64,000 nt of DNA from the human T2T-CHM13v2.0 reference genome, Homo sapiens. Shown piece by piece: positions 33,888 to 50,215 of this stretch (its first letter is position 1; each line of letters begins with the position of its first letter). The translations under genes were made by a program, and so were the position numbers. Location: assembly GCF_009914755.1 (NCBI RefSeq), contig NC_060930.1; one strand, written 5' to 3'. The notes beneath the pieces were generated by a model, which ran no database searches, had not been told where the DNA came from, and saw only the letters and a program-made list of their open reading frames with translations.

Positions 33888-33922
33888 GTAGACCAGCTGC
33901 GAGTGGCTCCCTTGCTTGTTGG

Positions 33923-33985
33923 CACACGCACACACAGACACACACATGCACACATGCATACACACACACACGCACACACATACAT
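33923..33985 (+). repeat. Imperfect (CA)n microsatellite
   Basis: CACACGCACACACAGACACACACATGCAC... Confidence 0.85.
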
Positions 33986-34905
33986 GCCCTCAGCTCCCCG
34001 AGGGGTGAGATGAGATGGGATGGAAGCGTGATGCCCCACACCATTTTGACTCCCCTGGATACAAGAAAATTATAACATTTTGCCCCTTTTAAATGCTTTA
34101 CTTGACAGATTTGAAAAGCTTGACCAATAGGGAAAACATGCCCTAATTATAGCTTTTGATATGGTTTGGGCAGAAGCTAAGCCAAACCTGCTTAGCTTGG
34201 TCAGCAGAATGGCCCCAAGGTGGCCCTGCGTGTGTTGTGATACGTGCGGGTGGAGGCCATCCATATGGCTCTGGCAGTGCTTGGTGAGGGCAGCACTGCC
34301 CTTGGACCCTGGCAAGTGGCACCCCAGGCCCTGCATTCTGATGGCCGCATGCTGGTCTCTGCTGGCCATGCCAACCCCCACAGGGGCAAGGGGCCTATGG
34401 AGCCAGCACACACCCACCTCCCAGTCCGCAGGCCCCTCCCAGGCCTGCTTCCCCAGGGGACCTCTTGGTGCCTGCGTGAGTGTCCCTGGGCCTGAAATGT
34501 GGCCGAGTAGTGGCCACCTGCCAAAGGGAAGGTGGTGGGCAGAGCAGTTCCAACGTGCTGGGGTGTCCCACGAAGGAACCCCTGGTGAGGGGTGGCAGAG
34601 GGAGGGAGTGGGGAGCAGACTCCAGGTCAGGGGCTCCAGGGAACCCAGAAACCTAGGGGTCAACTGTTCTTCCAGGTTGTTTAAGGGAGGTTTGTCGAGA
34701 CAGGGGGAGAGCTCGTTCTTGAGGGGTAGGGAGTTTGCTGGGAAAATGCACGCGTCACCCCTTTTCTGTGAACTCTCTCTAGGTGCACGTGCCTTGCCCA
34801 TGTCCTATTGGTTTGGTATTTTTTAATTTTCTATTTGTCAGTGCTCTTCATATATCAGAGAAATTAATCCTATTATGTCCTTTCAAAACACAATGATTTT
34901 TCCTT

Positions 34906-35178
34906 CTACAGGCAGTGCACATTGACTAAGTTCATTCCTTGCTTTTGTTGTTGTTTGCTATTATAAATAGGATTTTGTCTTCAATTATATCTTCTAAAAG
35001 TTCTTTTGATTGGTGAAAGCTATTGATTGCTGAATATTGGTTTTTGACCCCGACCATTTGCTGTTTTCTCCTCCTAATCATAATTTTTTCTTAGTTGGTT
35101 TCCAGTAATAAAGTCATGTTGTCTGAAGCTGGGTGCGGTGGCTCACGCCTGTAATTCCAGCACTCTGGGAGGCTGAGG
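34906..35178 (+). repeat. Copy 1 of a 273-bp direct repeat (other copy 38531-38803)
   Basis: Manual alignment, 6 mismatches counted; the last ~50 bp are the head of AluS 35128-35440. Confidence 0.95.
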
Positions 35179-35246
35179 CAGTGGATCACCTGAGGTCAGG
35201 AGTTTGAGACCAGCCTGGCCAACATGGCGAAACCCCATCTCTACTA

Positions 35247-35486
<240 letters not shown>

Positions 35487-36380
35487 TCACTCCCCACCTG
35501 ACAGGGCAGGCCTGGATGAGGGTGTGGGTTTTAAAGGAAGTAATGCAGAGGATTGAGTGTGACATTTTTAGAAAAAAAGTGGTCCTCTTTGAAAGGAAAA
35601 AGTACGTGATTCCAGTTACTGATAGTCTACTGAAGGAAATGATAATTTATAAACCTGACCTTGCTTCTTCACAGGCCAACTGGTCTCTTATGTGTCATTA
35701 GCCAAGTTCAAATTCTTCTTGCTTTTAAAAAAATCTTTTTTTTTTTCAGTTTGCAGAAGTACATATTATGGCCAAAAAAAAAAGAGACAATATGAAATAT
35801 AAAAAGAGAAAATCCCTTTAATCCCTCCCACCTCAGAAAGAATCACTTTAAATGGTTTGATTTATTTTCTTAGGGCCTATATATTTTCTCACATACATAA
35901 TTTTTATTATAGGTTTATTACATTTACTGCTCTTTTACATGAATGGTATATCATAAATACGGCTTAAAATTTGTTTGTTATTTTCATTTAACAGATATCT
36001 TGAACAAACTTCCATGGTATATATTATAGCTAGAATAACCTCATTCTGGAATAATCTATAGTGTGAATGTACCATAATTTGCCCAATCAAGCAGAACTAT
36101 AATGTTTGGCATCTGAATCAGTTGCAAAGATTGTAGGTTAATTGCAGTTATAAAAATAGAGCTTGGAAATTGCAACTGCCCCAAGTTCTTCACGGCTCTT
36201 ATGCAAGGCTGTGTCCTAAAGCCATAGGGAAGTTTAGCTTTCAGTTGCCTGTAACATTAAGGTTGTTTCATGATTTTTTGAAGGTTTGTTTCACACCATT
36301 TCCCCCCTTAAATCATTTAACTGAATGGTATGTAACAGGTGTAGTTTCTAATGAGTTCTTTTCTTCCCCTGTGGCTTTAG

Positions 36381-36557
36381 CATGGCACATTACACTTCTG
36401 TGGATTTAAAGTCCTTGCCCCTCAGATCAGCTTTGCTCCTGAAATTGCATCCGAAGAAGAAAGAAAGGGGATGGTGGCTGCGTGGTCCCAGAGGCTGCAG
36501 ACCATCTGGAAGGAAGAGCCCATCCCCTGCACAGCCCACTGGCACTTCGGGCAATAA
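36381..36557 (+). CDS. NQO2: NQO2 exon 7 coding part (HGTLHFCGF...PCTAHWHFGQ*)
   Basis: TTTAG| acceptor; TAA at 36555-36557; total CDS 696 nt = 231 aa; HxxxH and the C-terminal Cys form the NQO2 metal site. Confidence 0.98.
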   Translation, partial: HGTLHFCGFKVLAPQISFAPEIASEEERKGMVAAWSQRLQTIWKEEPIPCTAHWHFGQ

Positions 36558-36636
36558 CTCTGTGGCACGTGGGCATCACGTAAGCAGCACACTAGGAGGC
36601 CCAGGCGCAGGCAAAGAGAAGATGGTGCTGTCATGA

Positions 36637-36642
36637 AATAAA
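36637..36642 (+). terminator. NQO2: NQO2 polyadenylation signal
   Basis: AATAAA 80 nt after the stop, followed by a T/GT-rich downstream element. Confidence 0.85.
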
Positions 36643-36679
36643 ATTACAACATAGCTACCTGGGGATACTTTTTTCTTTC

Positions 36680-37250
36680 TGTTTTTTGTTTGTTTTTAAT
36701 TTTAGCTTTAAGGAGCACATGGCCAGTACTGTTTCAGGGGAATATTGGGTGGCGCTGGGGTTTGGGCTTCTATTGATCCCATCACCCAAACAGTGAGCAT
36801 AGTTCCCAATAGATAGTTTTTCAACACTTCCTTTCCTCCCTTCCTTCCCGCTTTTGGATTCCCAGCATCTATTGATCCCGTCTTTTCACCCCTGTGTACC
36901 CAATGTTTAGTTCCCACTTATAAGTTAGAACATGGGGAATTTGGTTTTGTTTCTGTGTTGATTCACTTAGGATAATGACCTCCAGCTGCATCCACGTTAC
37001 TGCAAAGGACAGGATTTCATGTTTTTTTATGGCTGCATAGTATTCCATGGCGTCCGTGTACCACACTTTCTTTATCCAGTCCACTGTTGATGGGCACCTG
37101 GGTTGATTCCATGTCTTTGCTACTGTAAATAGTTCTGTGATGAACATACAAGTGCAGGCATCTTTTCATAGAATGATTTTTTTTTTCCTTTTGGTAGATA
37201 CCCAGTAATGGGATTGCTGGGTTGAAGGGTAATTCTATTTTTAGCAAACT
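36680..37250 (-). mobile_element. L1 3' end (L1PB/L1MA-type)
   Basis: Reverse ORF 36869..37147 (AKTWNQPRCPS...WIKK) is the L1 ORF2 C-terminus. Confidence 0.85.
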
Positions 37251-37774
37251 AGAAATATTTAATGAAGTACATGAATGAGTGTCTTCAGAATTGTACACAG
37301 TGAGATCAAATATTTTAATAATGAGCTTGTTATGTTGAATTCTATTCTGACCATCACTCACTGAGATTTTCTTTTCTTTCTTTCTTTTCTTTTCTTTCTT
37401 TTTTAAAGAGACAGAGTTTCACTATGTTGCCCGGGCTGGTCTCAAACCCCTTGCCTCAAGTAATCTTCCCACCTTGGGCCTCCCAAAGTGCTGGGATTGC
37501 AGGTGTGAGCCACCACACCTGGCCCAGATTTTCTTTAATATTTGTCTAATATCTTTCCATCTCCCTATATTCAAGCTTCATGTAATTTTATTTTCTGGTA
37601 ATTCTCTGAGCATAGAGCTGGATTTGCTAGTTTTTTTATTTTATGACTCAACATGACAGTTTCTATTTTTCATAGAAAAGTTGAATCTGGGCCTGTTGCT
37701 TAATTTTCTTCTTTGTCTTTTTAAATTTACATTAGGACTATGAAGTTTTAATTGAACAGCCATTAACATATATG

Positions 37775-38440
37775 GTTATATGTTGCATGATGTTTCAATC
37801 AGTGATGGACTGCATGTACGATGGTGGTCCCCTAAGATTATAATGCCATGTTTTGTTTATTAAAATTTATTTAAGATTTATTTTATTATTTTTATAGATG
37901 AGGTCTCACTCTGTTGCCCCAGCTGGGTGCAGTGGCATGATCATACCTCACTAGGCTCAAGTGATCCTCCTGCCTCAGCATCCCTAGTAACTAGGACTAC
38001 AGGCACATGCTACCACGCCTGGCTAATTATTTTAATTTTTGGTAGAGACAGGATCTCATTATGTTGCCCAAGCTGGTCTTGAACTCCTGGTCTCAAGCAG
38101 TCCACCCACCTCAGCTTCCCCAAGTGCTGAGATTACAGGCATGAGCTGCCTGCACCTGGACTAATACAGTAATTTTACTGTACCTTTTCCATGTTTAGAT
38201 ACAGAGATACCTATTATTGTGTTACAGTTGCCTACAGTATTCAGTACAGTAACATCTCTACAGGTTTATAGCCAAGGGCAATAGGCTCTACCATAAAGCC
38301 TGGGTGTGTAGTAGGCTGTACCATCTAGGTTTGTGTAAGTGCATTCTATGATGTTTGCGTGACAATGAAATCAACTAATTATGAAATCACTTAATGATAC
38401 ATTTCTCAGAATGTATCTCTTTTGTTAAGTGAAACATTAC
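37775..38440 (+). mobile_element. Tigger3/MER7-type DNA transposon interrupted by an AluJ
   Basis: GATGGTGGTCCC-TAAGATTATAAT and GTTGCCTACAGTATTCAGTACAGTAAC motifs. Confidence 0.75.
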
Positions 38441-38456
38441 AAAATTTATTTTTTTG

Positions 38457-39640
<1,184 letters not shown>

Positions 39641-39759
39641 AAAAATCATTAATTGCCAGTTACAATGAAAATTTAAAACTTTTAAAAAATTTAGTCTGAT
39701 GGCATTGTACCACTGTGCCGTGTTCACGTAACCCTACTAATAATCACCCTGACACACAG

Positions 39760-40870
39760 CCACATGCAGATGGAGGAACTTCCCTAAAAGCAAGTTTGAG
39801 GGATTAAATATCATCTTTGTCATCATATCCTCCTCTTTTCCCTTTTCCTCCTCCTCCTTGTCATCACTACTGAGGACAGCACTGCTGGCTGTGCCCAGGG
39901 GCCCTTCTTCCTCAACGCCCCCAGCACCACCCAAAGTCCCCCTCTGTGGAATCGGAGCACTGAGTGTGTTGGCCTCAGGGACACTGAAGGAAGCCGCCCG
40001 CCCGTCCTCTCAGCCTTGGAGTCTGTTCAACCATTATCATTCAAACCACCTTCCATCAAAGGTTTGAATACAATGAGCAGCTGCTCCTGCATTCCTCCAG
40101 GACACAGGTTCACCAGCTGGGTGTCTGTCAAAGACAATGAGCCTCCGAGTTGGTCCAAACTTGACTCTCCTTGAAGGTCTTCTCTGGCCATCCTCAAAAT
40201 CCACAGGATGAAATGTGTTCGATGAGGACAACTCACTCGTGTCGCGGCGTTTGGATGGGCTGCGGCGTGGCCGCTTCTGCCGTAGAGACGGAGCCTTCCT
40301 GTGGTTCGCGCACTTCCTTCCTGAAGCCTCATATTTCCCATTCCGTTGATACTTGGCCACCTCAACCTGCAACGTGCAGTTTCCAGTGTCATCTTCATCC
40401 AAATGCATGAATGCAAGATCCACAGCTTCCCTCTTCCAATGATCGCACAGCCTGTCTCCTTTAAGATGTCCTTGGTTATCTCTGTAAAACTTGACCTTAA
40501 GTTCTTCTGTCTGGGGATCGCTCATAATAATGCCAAATGGACAGGCGTGTGAATGCCTCCACGGTAACGACCAGAGGCAAACCGGCACATACACGTTTGT
40601 ATTTCTCCTTCTTCAGCATGAAGCCTTCCTTTTTCTCCCCTCTTTGTGGGATCAGTGGGTTTGGGGTTTTTCTTGGTGGCAGAGCAGCGCCGTCACCGAG
40701 CAGCCGTCGCTGGCCTGATATGCAGCGGTGAAGTCTTCACTGGTTTCTCTTCTGCTCCTGTGTGCTTGCAGAAACCGGGCTGGCTCTTGATTGGGATTGT
40801 AGGCTGCAGAGGCTGGGGAAGGGCAGACAGCCTCGGGAGACACGCCGGAAAGGGCGGCTCCCTCGTGCTC
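39760..40870 (-). pseudogene. HTATSF1P2: Processed HTATSF1 (Tat-SF1) pseudogene, frameshifted and internally deleted
   Basis: Intronless homology: FGIIMSDPQTEELKVKFYRDNQGHLKGD, FHPVDFED, FDRHP, CIQTFDGRWF (RRM/UHM); C-terminal EEGPL..SSDD..DI* with TAA at 39804-39806. Confidence 0.92.
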
Positions 40871-41305
40871 CTCAGTGACTCAGGGTTTTGGCCACATAGC
40901 TCCCCTCCTCCACCCTCGCTCAGCAGGCTGCATCCGGGGCGGGGCTGGCAGGCAAAGAGGCTGTGTCACAGCCCTTCAGAGCCTCAAGCTGGGGTCCCTA
41001 GGGTTTCTGGACCTCAGATCACTGTGAGGCAGGAGGTCCTCCACCCTCCCTCCGGCAACTCTGAAGTATGGGAAGGTGCGTTCTCGAACTGCCGAGGGGC
41101 CTGTTCCTGTGTGGGTTGAGAGGATGGGAAGTTGCTGAAATCCAACCTCTCTGAGAGCCGGTGCTGTCACCTTGGCCTGAGTATGCTGAAGACATTAATT
41201 CCGGTTCCCAAGCAAAACTGTTAGCAATTCGAGGGCTGGGCTCTTGCCTATGTCTCATCTCCTGTTAGTACCGGGCACCCTGATACATTTTCTGCCGGTT
41301 TTTAA

Positions 41306-41594
<289 letters not shown>

Positions 41595-42136
41595 CGGTTT
41601 TTAAGATCTTATTGCTGAAAAACTTAAAATAAAAAATAAATTCAGTATCAGCAGGGCAGCAGGAATTGCCATTAAAAAAAAAAAAAGAAAATTGGAAATG
41701 ACTGCAGCCAGGTGTGTGTGATTGGGCCCCGCGACCTTTTTCTTAGGCAAACAGGGCTTTGTGGATGCAGAAAGACTTCTTTGGTTGTGTAGTTTGTCTC
41801 AGAGCCTCTCGTGGGTGGAGCCTGGTAAAAAGAGGAAAGAGACTCATGTTGCTCAATGTGAGGAAGCACCAGGAATTTTGGAGAAGTTCCCAGCAGCTCA
41901 GGAGAGTGGCTGGTGCCTTGTCCCAGGGGAGAGGGAAATAAGCACAGGCCTATTTCTTTCTCAAGACGGAAAAACCGAGCCCCAGAAAATGGCGATAAGA
42001 TGGGGATGCAGGAAAAAGCTAGCTAATGAACAGTTCAGCAGTGGGCACCGTGTGGGAACCTCTCCTAAGCCGCCCTCCCTCTGATGGATGCATGCTCAAG
42101 TGATTTCGTTGGCCCTTAAAGGAAAGTGTTATTCCA

Positions 42137-42653
<517 letters not shown>

Positions 42654-44422
42654 TCAACCAAGCTATGTGGTGTTCATAAGGGTAGCCCCTCCTCCGACCC
42701 CAGGAGTGGCAGTTCACAGCCCTGACTGATCACAGTGTTCCGTGGCCTAGCTGTAACCACCCCAGGGAGTGAGACTGAACTCAGGGGTTCATTGGACCTA
42801 TCAGGAAAGAGAGACCTTTCTTGTTTCTGGACTTGGAGCTGTGATGAAGTAAGTGGGTCAGGGGCCAACACATAGACAGCGTTGGCCTACAAATGCAGCC
42901 CAGGCAGAGGACGGTGCAGCCAAGCCACACAGAGAGACAACTTCCTAGTGACACGCTGTGAACTCCTGCATCCACCCCTGCCTGAACTGGAGCTTTTCCT
43001 CTTCAGCTCTTCAGTTATGTGAGGCAAGATGTTGCCTTTTTTGCTTAATGCTGTGAGTTGAGTGTACAGCAGTTACAATCAAAGAATCCTAAATAATGCT
43101 GCAAGCATGGTGACTATCTACATGGGAATATGCAGTACTCCAGTGAAGACAAAACATAAATTAATTTTGGAATCTGATGACCATAATCTAAAAACATTCA
43201 TAGAGGTATATAAAAATTATAACAAAATTTAAAGTAGCATATCTCCTCATGAAGCAGGTTAAGTGTATACACAAAGAAGGAGGAGGAAAAGGTGAGAAAG
43301 AATCTGCCCTTGTGGGGAAGTGACAGAGGCAGAAGAGGCTGATGCAGTCCTGCATCCAGGCCCAGCTCTGCCAGCAGCTGAGTACCCCTGAACAAGCTCC
43401 CCCACCTCTTCGGGCCTCACTTTCCCCATCTATGAAAGAAAGGGAGTCTAGCTTCCATAGCTGCCCCAGCTGATACGCAAGGTGCCAGTGTGTCCTCAGT
43501 CCTGTCAGGAGAAACCTTCCCCACTAGAATCCCAGGAGGAGCTTGAAATCCTGTCTGGGATCCTGACGGCCCAGGTGCTGACCCTGCCTCGGGTTGTGTC
43601 TGCTAAGAAGTCTGATTTCTGCTCATCTCTCCCCATTTCTTTCTTCCCATAAAGTGGGCTGATGCGCTGGAACGTCGATGCAGCCAGTGATGTGTTTGAT
43701 GAGAATGTATTGAGAGTAAAGCTGCCCAGAATCCAAGTGTGTGTCATCTGAACTCTTGAATCATGGATGGAAGGTATGTCCTCTGTTGATGTCTCGCAGC
43801 CTGAGCTGACAATCTGTAAGAAGGTTTTGTTATCTTCATGTTACAGATGGTGAACCGAAACTTACAGAGCTCAAGTCACTTGACCAGGCTCCACCCCTAC
43901 AAGAGGCAGCACGCAAACTAAAAACCAGGCGGCCTTTTCCAAAGCTTGTGCTCTGCTCCACTGCTGGAAGGAACCCTTCGGGGAATTGAAGCAGCACTGA
44001 ACAAAGGCCATTTTTAAGAAGCGACACCAGAAACCTAAGGCGGGGTCCCCGGCTCAACAAGGATCTCATGTTTTGTGGGTCAGAGATTCTTGTGTCGTGT
44101 CTGGGTGAGGTCAAAAACCATGCAGAGACTTTCACTTCCTGTTCTGTGGCAGACAAGACATCTGAAAAGCTCTCCTGCAGCAACACTTCTAGATGCCAAG
44201 TAAATCACAGCAAGTGCACTTTTAAATGTGTTACTAAGATCATAAAAATGAAGGAAAATGCCCAAGCATATCCCCAACCCCTCACCCCACAACCACCACC
44301 ACCACAATAAACAAGTTGCTGACAGTGGATTGGCAAGCGAGAGTGGAACCTTAGGCTGCGTTGGCATCAAATACTAATAACCAAGCAAAAGGGAGCAAGA
44401 CCAGGCCTGGGGGCTGTGCCAT

Positions 44423-45639
44423 TGAGAGGTGACCGCGTGCTGGCAGTCCTCACAGCCCTCGTTCGCTCTCGGCGCCTGCTCTGCCTGGGCTCCCACTTCG
44501 GCGGCACTTGAGGAGCCCTTCAGCCCGCCGCTGCACTGTGGGAGCCCCTTTCTGGGCTGGCCAAGGCCGGAGCCGGCTCCCTCAGCTTGCAGGGAGGTGT
44601 GCAGAGAGAGGCGCGAGCGGGAACCGGGGCTGCGCGCGACGCTTGCGGGGCAGCTGGAGTTCCGGGTGGGCGTGGGCTTGGCGGGCCCCGCACTCAGAGC
44701 AGCCGGGCGGCCCTGTCGGCCCCGGGCAATAAGGGCTTAGCACCCGGGCCAGCGGCTGCGGAGGATGTACTGGGTCCCCCAGCAGTGCCAGCCCACGGGC
44801 GCTGCGCTCGATTTCTCGCCGGGCTTTAGCTGCCTTCCCGCGGGGCAGGGCTCGGGACCTGCAGCCCGCCATGCCTGAGCCTCCCCCACTCTCCGTGAGC
44901 TACTGGGCAGCCCAAGCCTCCCCCAAGAGCGCCGCCTCCTGCTCCAGGCGCCCAGTCCCATCAACCACCCAAGGGCTGAGAAGTGCAGGCACAGGGCGCG
45001 GGACTGGCAGGCAGCTCCACCTGGGTGAAGCCAGCTGGGCTCCTGAGTGTGGTGGGGACGTGGAGAACCTTTATGTCTAGCTCAGGGATTGTAAACACAC
45101 CAATTGGCACTCTGTATCTACCTCAAAGTTTGTAAACACACCAATCAGCACCCTGTGTCTAGCTCAGGGTTTGTGAATGCACCAATCCACACTCTGTATC
45201 TAGCTATTCTGGTGGGGCCTTGGAGAACCTTTATGTCTAGCTCAGGGATTGTAAACGCACCAATCAGCACCCTGTCAAAACAGACCACTTGGCTCTACCA
45301 ATCAGCAGGATGTGGGTGGGGCCAGATAAGAGTATAAAAGCAGGCTGCCCTAGCCAGCAATAGCAACGAAGTCGGATTTGTTTCCATGCTGTGACGGTTT
45401 TGTTTTTTTGCTTATTGTAATAGCTTTTGCTGTTGTACTCTTTTCTGGTCTACACTGCGTTTATGAGTTGTAACAGTCGTCACAAAGGCCTGCAGCTTTC
45501 ACTTTCTGCCTCAGCCAGCGAGACTGCAAACCCACCAAAAAAAAAACTTAACTGTCACACCCACCCTAAGGGTCTGCAGCTGGGTTTTTGAAATCAGACC
45601 AAGAACCCACCAATTCAGAACCCACCAATTCGGGACACA
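44423..45639 (+). mobile_element. Solo LTR12 (ERV9 LTR, LTR12C/E-like)
   Basis: TGAGAGGTGA..GCTGGCAGTCCTCACAGCCCTCG start, repeated CACCAATCAGCAC/CTAGCTCAGGG units, GGACACA end, TSD CCAT (44419-44422, 45640-45643). Confidence 0.92.
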
Positions 45640-45699
45640 CCATGTGGGCAGCTGAATCAAGACTTTGTGGAGGAGCTCCAAAGTGGGTAGAAAAGTACG

Positions 45700-47900
<2,201 letters not shown>

Positions 47901-49149
47901 TATTCAGGATAGTAATGTGATGGGAGGGGGCACACAGGTGTTTGAAGGTATTTTTAATGATCTGTGTCTTCAGCTAAATGGTGAGAACTCAAGTATTCAT
48001 TTCACTGTCATGTATAAGTCAATTTCTATACAGTTTACTTTTATACATGTGAAATAGTTTGTGATAAGAAAGAGTAATATAAAATAAATCTGGATGCATA
48101 TTGTGTTAAAAATCCTCTTGGCCAGGCACAGTGGCTCACACTTGTAATCCTACCACTTTGGGAGGCTGAGGTAGGGGAATTGCTTGAGCCCAGGAGTTGG
48201 AAACTAGCCTGGGCACCATAGTGAGACCCTATCTCTACAAAGTATTTTTTTTAAAGTTAGCTGAGCATAGTAGTACATGCCTGTGGTCCCAGCTACTCGA
48301 GAGGCTGAGGTGGGAGGATCACTTGAGCCCAGAAGGTTGAGGCTGCTGTGAGCCATGATCACACTACTGCACTCCAGCCTGGGTGATAGAACAAGAACCT
48401 GTCTCAAAACAAAACACCACTTGTTCCCCCGCCAACACCAAAACTTCTTGAGGCCTACCACCGAGGCAGGGCATGTTGCTTTGGGGACAATAGCTGAGTC
48501 AATGGCACCTTCAGAGTCCACACGGAGGTCTCCTTGGGAGTGTGAGCCCTGAACACTCAAGGGCATGTCCACCCTAGTGGACACATGTCCATGAGCCTGT
48601 GCAGGATGTAAACTCAACAGTGACCCCAGAATGGCAGGGTCAAAGCCCCCATGCTAGAGGATAAATCAGACTTTGCTATTATCTCACCTCTCAAGGTTTG
48701 AAAGAAAACACTCAGCATTCTTGTGCTATTAAGGGTGGAAGGGCGGCTATTAAGGGCATTTAGGGACCGATGAGATGAACTGGATTTTGTTTTTGTTTTG
48801 AGGCAGGGTTTCACTCTCGCCCAGGCTGGAGTGCAGTGGCACGATCATGGCTCACTGCAGCCTCGACCTCCCAGGATTTCCCACTCCTGTGCAGCAGAGG
48901 ATGCCAGGTGCACTTGATGTCGGGCTGGCTGTCACGAATATGCCCTTGAGCTGCACAGGCTGCAGGTGGCAGCAGGGCCCTGGGACAACCTCACAGACCC
49001 GCCCCACTGACGCTGGCTCCTAGAGAGGTGGTTGCTGGCCGATCTATCAGGGGCTTCTCCTTTTTGCCATATTCAGATTGGAGCCATAAATTAAATTCTC
49101 AGGAGAAAAAATTAAGCTACTTTTAGAAGTCATGAAACATGGGCTTTGG

Positions 49150-50215
49150 GGATCAGGATTAAAAACTTTAACAATAACATTGCTTAATTCTCAACTCCTA
49201 TTCTTGGTAGGATGAACTGAAACCAGTGATTTTACCATTATGTACAATATTTTTTCTTTTGAAGGGCCTGAACAGACGGTTCCAAATCCAGGCTGTATCA
49301 TTATAATCACAGTTTCCCTGGCTCACACTTCAGCGTTTTGCCTTTCATGCATCTCTCTCTGGCACAGAAGCTATTTGCCCATTTGTCTTCCAGAAAGACG
49401 AGAAGTCTTATAGGGATTTCTGAAATGAGAATGCGCCACACTAGGGGTGGGTGAGGTGCCCACATAATCGAAGCCGTGAGACATTGCCACTGCCAGATTT
49501 CTCCCCATTACCTGTATCACCACCCAAAGAGGATGGGTCTCAGGCTCCCAGGATCTTTGGCCATTCTTTCTGCTTTGTATTAGGTATCAAATTCCCTTGT
49601 GCTTGGAGGAGAAGAAAACCTAAACATTCTTATGATCAGATTGATATTTGTCAGGGTAGGACCATGGCTAAGAGCAAAAGTCAGTGCCCTGGTGAATTCA
49701 ACATGCAGCATGAACTATTATTATTCTCAGAAGGACAAGGCTAAAACCTCTCACCTAGAATAGCCACATTATATCAGACTTTTCATAAAGTTTAGTTATT
49801 TCATTTGGAGAGGGCATAGATTTATTCCATCTTATTTTCCAAGACTGTGTATTGTAAAATTAGACGAAAGTAAACCTTATAAGTTATCCCTTAAAATAGT
49901 GTAAAATGATCACCATTTTAAGAGTATGTACTAAAAGTCTTACTTTTCAGCTTTGACTACAGTGATGCATTTGCTAATGGTTTTCTTCTTCCTTGAATTA
50001 TGACTAAGAGGAATTTTTTCCCCATGAGGTTCTTTCACTGCTCATGACTTAGGTAAGAAAGTGGTCATCATCTACGTGCATCCTTGAAGAACATGGGTGT
50101 GGGTGAACTGAGCAGGCAGGGCTGCACAGTCACTGTGTCTGATTTACATGCCATGGACTTTGAGCCAAGGGCCACAAGGAAAGACATCGCTTGTGAGTTA
50201 CTGGATTAATTAATG
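49150..50215 (+). pseudogene. Unprocessed partial NQO2 duplicate (intron 2 remnant plus exon 3 copy at 50053-50192)
   Basis: GKKVVIIYV/SLKNMGVGELSRQGCTVTVSDLHAMDFEPRATRKDIA with TTAG| and |GTGAGT; 25-nt frameshifting deletion; upstream sequence aligns with NQO2 intron 2. Confidence 0.92.

Noticed and set aside
34070-34826. Overlapping 243-aa and 221-aa ORFs in intron 6
   Set aside because: GC-rich intronic sequence, open on both strands, no protein similarity recognised
43655-43773. Possible serpin or NQO exon-5 remnant (VLRVKLPRIQV)
   Set aside because: Only a few matching residues and an in-frame stop; not supportable without a search
49382-49394. TTTGTCTTCCAGA identical to the NQO2 exon 2 acceptor
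   Set aside because: Following sequence does not match exon 2; the site aligns instead with intron 2 (~24500). No convincing exon 2 or exon 4-7 copies were found
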